In this document: piece by piece, positions 1-8,646 of the stretch
Numbering within the stretch: position 1 is the first letter of the stretch
Layout of the letters: every line of letters begins with the position of its first letter
Origin: a virus
Lineage: Duplodnaviria; Caudoviricetes
DNA length: 64,000 nt
Direction: 5' to 3' (one strand)
Virus record (IMG/VR): IMGVR_UViG_3300006169_000026
Span: 2,697-66,696 of that record
The notes under the pieces: generated by a model
Told to the model about the DNA's origin: nothing
Seen by the model: only the letters and a program-made list of their open reading frames with translations
The model's database searches: none
Position numbers and translations under genes: made by a program

Positions 1-1
1 G

Positions 2-973
2 CATTGGGTCACCGGCAAAGAGATCGGGCCGCTGCTCACGAGCATCGCCATCACGAATCACCCCTTCATGCAGGACCTCGAGCCCCTGCTCGCGAGTCGT
101 CGGGCTAGCCAACCTCGCAAACCCGCGGTACCCTCTCCGAGCGAGTCACCGGAGGCGCCCGGCGGCAGTGCAGAACCTACACGTACGGGTGCCACCATGG
201 ACGCGAAAGCGCGTGAACGACTTTGCAGGGCGTTGAAGATCAACCTCGCCGCGGACGACGGACAGATCGTCGAAGCCGCCGAAGGGGCCGCAAACGGCTC
301 GAGCAACCTCACCGCCGTGCTCGAAGCGCTCGGCGTGACGATCACGGGCGACGCGCTCAAGGTGATCCCGCAGCTGAAGGACGCGCAGGGCAAGCTCGCT
401 GCCGCGCAGCAGGAGCTCGCGGACCTGCTCGGGCAAGCCGTGCAGGCCGATGCCGCGATCGCGCAGACCGACGTCGCGGCGGCGATGACCGCTGCGAAGC
501 TCGGTGAGCCGGCGAAGAAGTCGCTCGCCGTCTACCGCACGAGCATCATCGCCGAAGAGGCACAGAAGCTCCTGACGAAGAAGCGCCAGGAGACGGGCAA
601 CCCGGCGCTCGAGCTGTCGCTCAGCATGCACCGCGCCGCGGTCGAGCTCGGCCGGAAGCGCTTCCTCGAAGAGCATGGCGTCGCCGACGTGGCGAAGGCG
701 CTGCTCGCGACGTCCATCGTGGCGGGCCCGGGCGACACGCAGCTCGAGCCGTCGCGAAAGCTCACCATCGAGCAGAGCACGGACGCCAACGGCACCGGCG
801 GCGAGCCCCCGAAGGTCGTCGACCTGAAGAACTTCGGCGGCCCGAACCTCACCATTCGCTGCCGCAACTGGCTCATCGAAAACGAGCCGGGCTTTCAGAA
901 GCTCAGCAACTCGCAGCAGATCCGGCGCGCCAGCGAACTCAAGCAGAGCGCGCAACTCGTCAACCACCAGTAA
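2..973 (+). CDS. Mu-like prohead protease/scaffold protein (5' truncated)
   Basis: Frame is open from base 2: HWVTGKEIGPLLTSIAITNHPFMQDLEPLLAS matches the Mu gpI-type protease motif; helical scaffold-like C-terminus; lies upstream of the capsid genes. Confidence 0.8.
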   Translation, partial: HWVTGKEIGPLLTSIAITNHPFMQDLEPLLASRRASQPRKPAVPSPSESPEAPGGSAEPTRTGATMDAKARERLCRALKINLAADDGQIVEAAEGAANGSSNLTAVLEALGVTITGDALKVIPQLKDAQGKLAAAQQELADLLGQAVQADAAIAQTDVAAAMTAAKLGEPAKKSLAVYRTSIIAEEAQKLLTKKRQETGNPALELSLSMHRAAVELGRKRFLEEHGVADVAKALLATSIVAGPGDTQLEPSRKLTIEQSTDANGTGGEPPKVVDLKNFGGPNLTIRCRNWLIENEPGFQKLSNSQQIRRASELKQSAQLVNHQ

Positions 974-1003
974 CCGCCGCTCTCGGCCACCAGGAGAACG
1001 CAC

Positions 1004-1396
1004 GTGCCTCAGCCTCGCGCAATCGTGAAGGACCAGGGCGGCATCCGCCCCGGTCTCAACGCCACGGGTCAGACGATCGCCAAGCATCGGATCGTCCGCA
1101 AATCCACCGCCGCCGTCGATGCCATCGCGCCCAACACCGCCGGCACGACGCTGCCCGAGGGCGTGACGATGGCGGCCATCCAGGACGGCTACGCCGGCGA
1201 CGTCCAGATCGAGGGCGTCGCTATCACCGAAGCGGGCGCGGCGCTCGCCATCGGTGACAAGGTCACCGGCGGGACAGGCGGCAAAGCCGTCGTCGCCACA
1301 GCCGGTCAATACTTCCTCGGCGAGGTCGCGAGCGAAGCCGCCGCCGACGGCTCGCTCTTCGAGCTCCGCATCGCCCCCGGCACGGTGCCGGCGTAA
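1004..1396 (+). CDS. Capsid decoration/cement protein (DUF2190-like)
   Basis: 130 aa, Gly/Ala/Thr-rich, AGAALAIGDKVT...GKAV motif, between protease and capsid; SD ggaga. Confidence 0.75.
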   Translation: MPQPRAIVKDQGGIRPGLNATGQTIAKHRIVRKSTAAVDAIAPNTAGTTLPEGVTMAAIQDGYAGDVQIEGVAITEAGAALAIGDKVTGGTGGKAVVATAGQYFLGEVASEAAADGSLFELRIAPGTVPA

Positions 1397-1426
1397 CCCG
1401 CAGCCGCGCAAAGGACCATCAGAGAC

Positions 1427-2527
1427 ATGCTCGCTCTATCCGCACTCACGGGCCTCACCAGCGGCCTGCTCAACGTCAAGCTCGTCGATACCGTCAAAGG
1501 GCTCGGCAAAGCTGGCGACACGATCCAATTCACGCTCTCGCCGCAGGATGTGGCCATCTCCGAAGAGATGGACTCGCTCATGGTCGGCTACACGCCGATC
1601 GGCATGCGCGCCGACGAGGTCTGCCCGATCAAGCTGACCGACGCTTACATGGGCAAGTACCGCGAGTTCGGGCTCAACAACGCCTTCCGGCTCGTGAACG
1701 TGATCAGCTCGATGCAGGCTGACATTCCGGAAGTCGACATCGACACCAGCGAGAAGGAGTTCCTCACGCAGCAACGCGCGCTCGGTGGCTTCCTTCCGAC
1801 GGACACGGAGCTCCACGCCAACCAGGGCAGCATCAACTGGGATGTGAAGGCGGGGCTGGCGCAGCGCATCGAGACCGGGCTCGCGCTCGACCGCGAAGTC
1901 CGCGTCTGGTCGATGCTGACCAACCCGAACAACTGGCTCGCGGCCAACCGCGCGACCGTCGCCGGCGGCGCCGAGTGGAATGACCCGGTCAACGGCAACC
2001 CGATTCGCGACCTCATGGATCGCATCGAGGCGAGCGCTCAGCTCGTGACCGGGATTTGGATGCAGCCCCCGGTGGCTCACGCGCTGATCTTGAACGAGAA
2101 CACGCTCAAGTACGTGAAGACGATGGGCGGAGACGCCAACGCGATCAACGCGCAGATCGTCAACGCGGCCGCCAGCGCGAGCAACCAGAACATCGACTTC
2201 ACGATCCCCGGCTTGCCGCCCATCCACGTGTGCGCGAGCAAGGTGCTCAACGAGTCGACGGGCGCGCTGGACTACATCCTGAACGACACCGTCGTGCTCG
2301 TGAGCTTGCCCCCCGGCGCGGAGAACTCCGGCGAGAACATCATGACGTGCAAGACGTTCCGCTGGAAGGGACCGAGCGGTACCGGCTACACGTCGCGCGA
2401 GTTCAACCTCGAGCGGCGCGGCCTGCACGGCGGCACGTTCATGGCGAGCGGCCACGCCGAGGTGATCAAGATGATCTCCGGCGCCGTCGGCGGTATCATC
2501 CAGGACACGCTGCAACCGGCAGCCTGA
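1427..2527 (+). CDS. Major capsid protein (HK97 fold, gpE-like)
   Basis: 366 aa, YTPIGMRADEVCP-type N-terminal segment, position in the head module. Confidence 0.8.
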   Translation: MLALSALTGLTSGLLNVKLVDTVKGLGKAGDTIQFTLSPQDVAISEEMDSLMVGYTPIGMRADEVCPIKLTDAYMGKYREFGLNNAFRLVNVISSMQADIPEVDIDTSEKEFLTQQRALGGFLPTDTELHANQGSINWDVKAGLAQRIETGLALDREVRVWSMLTNPNNWLAANRATVAGGAEWNDPVNGNPIRDLMDRIEASAQLVTGIWMQPPVAHALILNENTLKYVKTMGGDANAINAQIVNAAASASNQNIDFTIPGLPPIHVCASKVLNESTGALDYILNDTVVLVSLPPGAENSGENIMTCKTFRWKGPSGTGYTSREFNLERRGLHGGTFMASGHAEVIKMISGAVGGIIQDTLQPAA

Positions 2528-2603
2528 CCAGCAACAGACCCAGGGGGGGCCCGCACGGGCCGTCGGCGTTATGAGGGGACGCAGGCGGCCCGTTCGGCTT
2601 TCC

Positions 2604-2855
2604 ATGGCTCTGACAGCGCTGCTCCAGAAGCTCGTCGTCGCTGGCGCCGAAGCGCTCGGGCGCACCGTCGTTCGTGGCCTGACCAAAGCCATCCGCCGAG
2701 CGACGGGCGACGAGCCCGATCCCGCGGACGCAACGCCGATGACCCACGCTGCCGTCGAGCACAACCGCCGGCAGCAGGAGAGCGCCATCGCCGCGGCCAA
2801 AGCCGCCGAAGCCGAGCGGCGCTCGCGCATCACCGAGCGGCCGCCAAAGCGATAG
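2604..2855 (+). CDS. Hypothetical protein
   Basis: ORF MALTALLQK..., co-oriented within the head operon. Confidence 0.5.
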   Translation: MALTALLQKLVVAGAEALGRTVVRGLTKAIRRATGDEPDPADATPMTHAAVEHNRRQQESAIAAAKAAEAERRSRITERPPKR

Positions 2856-2891
2856 AAACCTGGTACTCTCCGCGGGAGGAGGCACGACCGA

Positions 2892-3275
2892 ATGGCAAAC
2901 CCCAAAGACAACGCGGCCCCACCCGCAGCGAACCAACCTCAGCCCGGACCCGCCCCGGGCAAGCCGATGCCGAAAGGCACGGGCCCGCTCGAGTACCGGC
3001 GCCCGAAGAACGTGCATCTCGCGCGCGCCGGACGCGTCGTCAAACAGGACTGGATCGGCCGCGTCATGGACCGCTCGGTGCGCGTCTACTACGGCGCCCA
3101 GGAATCGGCGCTGCCCGATCCCGTCCGCCAGGCGGTCCTCAAGAGCGGGATCCAGATCGGCATCATGACGTACCAGGAGCTCGGCCTCGCTCCGCCGCGT
3201 GAGCCCACGGGCTTCGTCAACCTCACCGAGGCGGGGCTCGATACACCGCCGCTGCCGCAGGCGCCGCAGCAGTAA
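2892..3275 (+). CDS. Hypothetical protein
   Basis: 127 aa, strong SD ggagg with a TACTCT -10-like element upstream. Confidence 0.65.
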   Translation: MANPKDNAAPPAANQPQPGPAPGKPMPKGTGPLEYRRPKNVHLARAGRVVKQDWIGRVMDRSVRVYYGAQESALPDPVRQAVLKSGIQIGIMTYQELGLAPPREPTGFVNLTEAGLDTPPLPQAPQQ

Positions 3276-3289
3276 CCGGGGGGGGCGCG

Positions 3290-3799
3290 ATGGCCGCGAT
3301 CCAGTACGGGGGCGAGACGACCGAAGAGCGCCGGCGCGTGCTCGAGAAGCGCATCGGCGCCGATCGGGTGCTCGGGCTCTTCGACGACGACGGCGACGGC
3401 CTGGTCGCTGGCGACGATCTCGACACGCTCGAGAGCATCTTCGCCCAGGCGGACGATCTCGTGACCGGGCTGCTCGTAAAGAAGGGCCGCAACGAGAGCG
3501 ACATCCGCACGTACCTGCGCTCGGACCAGCAGGTGATCCGCGCGTGGAGCGGCATCGCTGCGCAGCTCGCGGGCGAGCGCAAACCCGAGTGGCGCAACGC
3601 CCAGGGCGTGGGCCCGTACGAAGTCGACGGGAAGCGCGCGCGAGAGGAGCTTCAGGCGCTCGCGCGCGGCGAGACTCGGTCGCACACCGAGAGCGAGGGC
3701 GGCGTCAACCGCTCGGTCGTCGGCGCCTTCGATCGGCCCGACCTGGAGTTCGCACCCGACCCGAGCATCCCGGGCGATCGGGGGAGAGGAAGCTTCTGA
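3290..3799 (+). CDS. Head-tail connector, Mu gp36/DUF1320-like
   Basis: 169 aa, VLGLFDDDGDG motif, position after capsid. Confidence 0.7.
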   Translation: MAAIQYGGETTEERRRVLEKRIGADRVLGLFDDDGDGLVAGDDLDTLESIFAQADDLVTGLLVKKGRNESDIRTYLRSDQQVIRAWSGIAAQLAGERKPEWRNAQGVGPYEVDGKRAREELQALARGETRSHTESEGGVNRSVVGAFDRPDLEFAPDPSIPGDRGRGSF

Positions 3800-4083
3800 T
3801 GAGCGGGAAGAATCAAAGCCGCGGCATCCACATCGAGGGCCCGCCGAACCTGCTCGAGCGCGCCGCTTTCGGCGTCGGGTGGGCGCTCGACTTCGCGCTG
3901 GTCAAGCCGCGGCGCGTGCGTCAGCGGCTGCGCATCGAGTGGATGAGCATCCGGAACGCGTACCGGGCGGGATTCCACCGGCTGAAGCCTGGGCAATTCG
4001 GCTACGCAGCGCGACGAGAGCGCGCGACGTACGCGCACGAGCGGGCGGCCGCGACCGGCGCGTCCGATCGCCAGGTGGCCTGA
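3799..4083 (+). CDS. Hypothetical protein
   Basis: TGATG coupling at both ends (3797-3801, 4081-4085). Confidence 0.55.
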   Translation: MSGKNQSRGIHIEGPPNLLERAAFGVGWALDFALVKPRRVRQRLRIEWMSIRNAYRAGFHRLKPGQFGYAARRERATYAHERAAATGASDRQVA

Positions 4084-4574
4084 TGCCCCCGAAGGCCCGG
4101 CGCCGAGCTCGCCAGCGCGACCGGGCGGGCATCGAGTACTTCGAGCTGCAGAACGTCGTCGGCATCTACCAGAAGCGCGCCGAGCAGGTGCCCGCCGAGC
4201 TGATGCCCATCATCGGCGAAGCGCTGGTGACGCAGGTGCTCGATGTGTACGAGACCGAGGGCTACGGCGAGTGGGAGCCGTACGCGGAGTCGACGCTCAA
4301 CCGGAAGCTCTTCGGGCCCCGGCCGACGCCGAATCCGAAGCTCCTGCAGGACACGGGCAACATGGTCGGATCCACCACGCCCGTGTGGGATGAAGCGTCG
4401 GGGGAGGTGAGCGCGTACACGAACGTGCCGTACGCGGTCTTCCACACGAGCCGTGCGCCGCGCTCGAAGATCCCGCTCCGGGATCCGTTCGACATCGACG
4501 TCGTCTTCTTCGAGAATGACGTCCAGCAGATGATCGAGTTCAGGATGACCCGCGACGTCGTCGCGGCGGAGTGA
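4083..4574 (+). CDS. Virion morphogenesis protein (Mu gpG-like)
   Basis: WEPYAEST...KLLQDTGNMVGS...TNVPYAVFH motifs typical of the family. Confidence 0.8.
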   Translation: MPPKARRRARQRDRAGIEYFELQNVVGIYQKRAEQVPAELMPIIGEALVTQVLDVYETEGYGEWEPYAESTLNRKLFGPRPTPNPKLLQDTGNMVGSTTPVWDEASGEVSAYTNVPYAVFHTSRAPRSKIPLRDPFDIDVVFFENDVQQMIEFRMTRDVVAAE

Positions 4575-4578
4575 AGCC

Positions 4579-5526
4579 ATGCCCGACCCGACCGGACCGA
4601 GCGCGATCATCGCGCTCGCGCGCGCCCTCTTCGCCCTGCTCACGCCGATCACCGGCGAGCGCGCAACGGGCAGCGTGACGGTCTCCGCGCCGGGGATGGG
4701 CCCGGGGCTCGCCGCGCTCCCGGTCAATTCGTACCTGCGCCCGGTCGTGAACGGGAAGCTTCGGGAAGACCTGCTCTTCAAAACGACCGAGCCCTGGGAG
4801 CTGGCGCTCGGCACGACCGAGTCCGGCGTGCCCATCACCAGCAACGTCGGTGGCGCCCGGCACAACCTGCCCGCCAACACGGTTCTCCGCTTCGACCCGG
4901 TGCCGCCTGGTTACGCCCGGGACGTGATGCTCGACGCCCCGATGACCGACGGCAGCGACGACGGCGCTCGGCTGAAGTCGCTCGCTTTCTTCGAAGACGT
5001 CGACTCGAGCAACCCCGAAGCAGACGTCTTCAAAGCCCAGCTCTCGGTCCCTGCGCTGATGCTCACGTGGGTCCGCACGGATCCCGCAGACGGGCTCAAC
5101 GCCGGACTGAGCCGCGGCGCTTCCCGGCGCGGCCGGAACGTCGTGACCGTCAAAGAGGCTTTCGTCGCGTACATCATCACCGGGCGGCTCACGAGCGATC
5201 CGGGCAGGCGGAGCGAGGGGCTCCAGATCGCGGAAGCCGTGAGCGGGCTTCTCACGGACCGCATGCAGAACGACGACGGCGAGCAACTCTCGACCGTCGG
5301 CAGCGGGATCGAGTTCACGGGGCGGAGCCGGTACCGGCGCGACGAGAAGACCTACATCTACACAGTGACCTTCCGCGTGAACCAAACGCTCGAGGGCACC
5401 GGCTCGCTCTCGCTCGACGTCCGCCCGTGGGATCGCTCGCGCGTGCGCGGCGCTGTGCCGGGTGGCGTCGACCCGGAGCCGACCGACGACCTCGTGACAG
5501 TGGACGTGACCGAGACGATGCCGTAG
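4579..5526 (+). CDS. Putative tail terminator (gp37-like) with an extra baseplate-J-like N-terminal domain
   Basis: Position before the sheath; N-terminal ATGSVTV...TSNVGGARHNLPANT segment; C-terminal beta-rich YTVTF. Confidence 0.5.
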   Translation: MPDPTGPSAIIALARALFALLTPITGERATGSVTVSAPGMGPGLAALPVNSYLRPVVNGKLREDLLFKTTEPWELALGTTESGVPITSNVGGARHNLPANTVLRFDPVPPGYARDVMLDAPMTDGSDDGARLKSLAFFEDVDSSNPEADVFKAQLSVPALMLTWVRTDPADGLNAGLSRGASRRGRNVVTVKEAFVAYIITGRLTSDPGRRSEGLQIAEAVSGLLTDRMQNDDGEQLSTVGSGIEFTGRSRYRRDEKTYIYTVTFRVNQTLEGTGSLSLDVRPWDRSRVRGAVPGGVDPEPTDDLVTVDVTETMP

Positions 5527-5536
5527 CCTTCCCAGC

Positions 5537-5908
5537 ATGACGGGAGTGGCGGGAACGGTCGCGGCGTTTGCATTGTTCGTGAGCTCGGTCGAGGGTCGAC
5601 CGGTCACGCGCTACGGGACGAAGACGCTCATCGGAGCGGATCGCGACCCGAGCAATCCGCGGAAGATCAACTACCGCACGAAGGACATCGTCCCGTTGCC
5701 GACCGATGAAGCGGAGCGCTACTCGCGAGAGTACGCGCGGCACATCGAAGACGGCGATCTCGTCGCTCACACCGCCGCGGAGTGGGAGCAGCAAACGCAG
5801 CATCGAGCCGAGGTTGGCGCGCCTCGTAAGAAGCTGAGCGCGGGCGTCGAGCCCGACCAGCCACCAGCGAAGGACGCAGACCATGCCGACAACGAAGGCC
5901 GTAGCTAG
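5537..5908 (+). CDS. Hypothetical tail-associated protein
   Basis: 123 aa, directly before the sheath; TAGCCT-N7-ATG. Confidence 0.6.
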   Translation: MTGVAGTVAAFALFVSSVEGRPVTRYGTKTLIGADRDPSNPRKINYRTKDIVPLPTDEAERYSREYARHIEDGDLVAHTAAEWEQQTQHRAEVGAPRKKLSAGVEPDQPPAKDADHADNEGRS

Positions 5909-7391
5909 TTCGACCAAGACGCCGGGCATCTACCTCCGGCTCGACCTTCTCGGGCCCGCATCCAACTCCGGCACGAGCGCAGCGAAGACGCTGCTGATGG
6001 CCCCGAAGGGCTCCGCCGGCAACATCACCGCCAACACCGAGGTGCGCCAGTGCTTCGGTCCGAACGACGTCGCGACCGCGCTCGGCGGCGGCACGCCCGG
6101 GCATCTCGCGAGCAAACGCTTCTTCCGCCGGTTCCCCACCGGGCGCCTCGACGTGGTCGCGCCCACCGCCAGCGCAGGCGCCGCGGCGACGGCGACGCAA
6201 ACGTTCTCGGGCACAGCGACGCAGAACTCGACGATCCGATTCTCGGTGCACGGCCGCATCATTGAAGTGTCGTGGCTCAACGGCGAGACCGCCGCGCAAT
6301 TCGTCGCGCGCGCCGAAGACGCGATCAACGCGCTCGGCGAGGACCTCTTCGTGTCCGTCGCGGCGGACACGGCCGATCTCGACTACACGGCGAAGGTCGC
6401 GGGCCCGTGGGGCAACGACGTCAAGATCGCGGTGTGGGTCCACGAGGGCGGCGGCGGCATCACCATCAGCGCCAACCCGGCGGCGCTCACGGGCGGCACG
6501 ACGGAGCCGAGCTTCGCGACTGCGCTCGCCACGGTCGCAAACACCGAGTACCGCGCGATCATCCCGTGCATCTCCAACGCGGACGCGGCCGACACCAGCT
6601 CGAGCAGCAACGCCGAGCGGCTCGCCACGCACATCAACAACCTGCGCACGGGCGCATCGGCGAAGCTCCAAGTCGGATTCGTCGGGCTCAACGGCTCGAC
6701 CGCCAACGCGAAAGCGGGGGCCATCGATCGGAACAACGACTCGATGTGCTACGTGCTCGGGCGCGGCTGGGATGATCTGCCGTGTGAGCTCGCCGCCAAC
6801 CAGGCGGGAGACGCGCTCTACTGGTCTTCGTTCCGGCCGAACTACAACCGGATCGACAACGAGTACGACGAGCTCGCCGGGCCGCGCGACGTCGTCGCAA
6901 ACGTGCTCAGCGACCCGGAGCGAGAAGACCTGCTCTCCAACGGCGTGACGCCGCTCGACGTCAACGCCAACGGCGCCCGCTACCTGGTCGAGCCCATCAC
7001 CACGCACTCGGTCTTCGGCAGCGCGCCGGACTACCGCGCGTATCACCTGTCGGACACGCTCGCGATGTACGTCGTTTTCGACGGGTATCGCGTGGCGCTG
7101 AAGCAGGAGTTCCCGAACTGCAACGTCACCCAGGATCTGCCGCCGGGCGCGGACGCGCTGCCCGAAGGCGTCGTCGAGTTGAGAGACATTCGAGCATTCA
7201 CGTTCGCCTACTTCCGCGGGTGGGTCTCGCGTGGCGTCGTGCAGAGCGCGCGGCTCGAGCAGGCCATTGAAGAGGGCGAACTCGACGTCGCTTTCGACGA
7301 CCTCGACGAGGCGCAGGTCAACATCTTCGTGCCCACGGGCATCATCAAGCCGCTCGCCAAGATCGGCGTTGTCGGGTCGAAGGTCGCGTAA
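5883..7391 (+). CDS. Contractile tail sheath (Mu gpL-like)
   Basis: 502 aa, KTPGIYL start, GPWGND, LTGGTTEP, LLSNGVTPL and ITT motifs. Confidence 0.9.
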   Translation: MPTTKAVASSTKTPGIYLRLDLLGPASNSGTSAAKTLLMAPKGSAGNITANTEVRQCFGPNDVATALGGGTPGHLASKRFFRRFPTGRLDVVAPTASAGAAATATQTFSGTATQNSTIRFSVHGRIIEVSWLNGETAAQFVARAEDAINALGEDLFVSVAADTADLDYTAKVAGPWGNDVKIAVWVHEGGGGITISANPAALTGGTTEPSFATALATVANTEYRAIIPCISNADAADTSSSSNAERLATHINNLRTGASAKLQVGFVGLNGSTANAKAGAIDRNNDSMCYVLGRGWDDLPCELAANQAGDALYWSSFRPNYNRIDNEYDELAGPRDVVANVLSDPEREDLLSNGVTPLDVNANGARYLVEPITTHSVFGSAPDYRAYHLSDTLAMYVVFDGYRVALKQEFPNCNVTQDLPPGADALPEGVVELRDIRAFTFAYFRGWVSRGVVQSARLEQAIEEGELDVAFDDLDEAQVNIFVPTGIIKPLAKIGVVGSKVA

Positions 7392-7415
7392 CGGCGAGAA
7401 GGGGAGTCGACAGCC

Positions 7416-7796
7416 ATGCCGATGAAGAAATACCCGAAGGCCTATCTCGCGATGGGCAACGGCGACTTGATCCAGGTGACCAATTTCACCGTCAATTACG
7501 GCAACTCGGGCAAGGTGAAGAGCACGCTCCGGCGGCCCGCCAACGGCGTGACGACCGGCAACCCGGAGTGCACGTGCACGTTCGACAGCGAGATCGACGA
7601 AGACGGTCCGGAGCGCAATTACTGGAAGATGTGCGACGCCGGCGAGATCAAGCAGATCCGGGCGAAGCTCCCGGGCGGGCGCACGATCCTCACCGTCGAG
7701 GGCATCTTCACGTCGGTGAATACCGATGGCCCGCTCGACGACGCGGTGAAGGTGTCGTGCACGTTCAACGGTCGGATGGATCGCCCGGAGATTTAA
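7416..7796 (+). CDS. Tail tube protein (Mu gpM-like)
   Basis: 126 aa directly after the sheath, beta-rich. Confidence 0.75.
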   Translation: MPMKKYPKAYLAMGNGDLIQVTNFTVNYGNSGKVKSTLRRPANGVTTGNPECTCTFDSEIDEDGPERNYWKMCDAGEIKQIRAKLPGGRTILTVEGIFTSVNTDGPLDDAVKVSCTFNGRMDRPEI

Positions 7797-7932
7797 ACCG
7801 ACCGCAGGGCTTTTAAAAAAGGGGGGCCTGCCTTTAAAGCAGCCGGAAGCGCCGACGGAACTCCCAACGCAATACGACGCCGCGCCGCTCGGGAGGGGAC
7901 GCCCAAAGAACGAAGGCGACGCGGAAGGGCAA

Positions 7933-7958
7933 GGCCACCGAGGGCGCTCTCGGTGGCC
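7933..7958. promoter_or_regulatory. Perfect 10-bp hairpin GGCCACCGAG-6-CTCGGTGGCC
   Basis: Inverted repeat read directly in the tube-chaperone intergenic region. Confidence 0.55.
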
Positions 7959-7987
7959 GCGTCCGTTTCTGGAGAAAGGCGCAACAC

Positions 7988-8572
7988 ATGGATCCGGTCG
8001 AGAAAGCTGTCGCTCTCACGCTCGACAACTGGGAGCAACTCGGCGTGCAGGAGCAGGACGGCGTGCTTCACCTGCCCGCGTCGATCAAGCGGCGCAACGC
8101 GAAGGGCGGTGTCGACGAGACGCCGGTGATGCTCCGCAACGTGACCAACGCTCACCGCTACAAGTCGCGCAAAGAAGCGCGCGCATTCGCCGTCGAGCGG
8201 GGCCTCGACATCGACCGCGACAAGGATGTCATCGACGAGATCGAGAACTGGTCGATCCTGGTCTACGCGATCCGCGACGCCGAGAAGCCATTCGACCAGC
8301 ACATCGCGACGCTCGAAGACCTCACCGAGACGTACGACACGCAATCGCTCGTCGAGCTGTGGGGCCGTTACAACGCCTGGGTGGACATGCTCGACCCGCG
8401 CTTCGGCGAGATGACGGACGAGCAACTGTGGCTCGCGATCGCTCGCATCCACGCGGAGAAGAACCCGAGTTTTTTAGTCTCGTTCGGTGGCTCCGCGCAG
8501 GCCACTATTATCACGTGTATGGCCGGCCTGTGCATGAGCTCGCCGACGAGACCATCATGGCTGCAGTCGTGA
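7988..8572 (+). CDS. Tail assembly chaperone (gpG-like)
   Basis: 194 aa between tube and tape measure; contains an in-frame slippery heptamer. Confidence 0.75.
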   Translation: MDPVEKAVALTLDNWEQLGVQEQDGVLHLPASIKRRNAKGGVDETPVMLRNVTNAHRYKSRKEARAFAVERGLDIDRDKDVIDEIENWSILVYAIRDAEKPFDQHIATLEDLTETYDTQSLVELWGRYNAWVDMLDPRFGEMTDEQLWLAIARIHAEKNPSFLVSFGGSAQATIITCMAGLCMSSPTRPSWLQS

Positions 8573-8637
8573 TGGATCTGAAGACGGGCCTGCTCGAGCA
8601 GAGCCAGGTCCGGGCGCTGCTCGGGCTGAAGGAGTAA
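8470..8637 (+). other. Programmed -1 frameshift site T TTT TTA (8470-8476) and gpGT-like extension ending at 8637
   Basis: X XXY YYZ in the chaperone frame; -1 frame stays open to TAA 8635-8637, 9 nt before the tape measure start. Confidence 0.8.
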
Positions 8638-8646
8638 GCTTCCGCC

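Noticed and set aside
2548-2561. Hairpin GGCCC-GCAC-GGGCC after the capsid gene as a terminator
   Set aside because: Short stem with no U-tract; not supportable.
7792-7798. TTTAAAC slippery heptamer at the end of the tail tube gene
   Set aside because: The tube frame reads ATT TAA, so the heptamer is not in the X XXY YYZ register.
7800-7920. c-di-GMP-I riboswitch-like words (CGCAGGGC, GGGACGCCCAAAG)
   Set aside because: Spacing and the GNRA/receptor stems do not fit the known fold.
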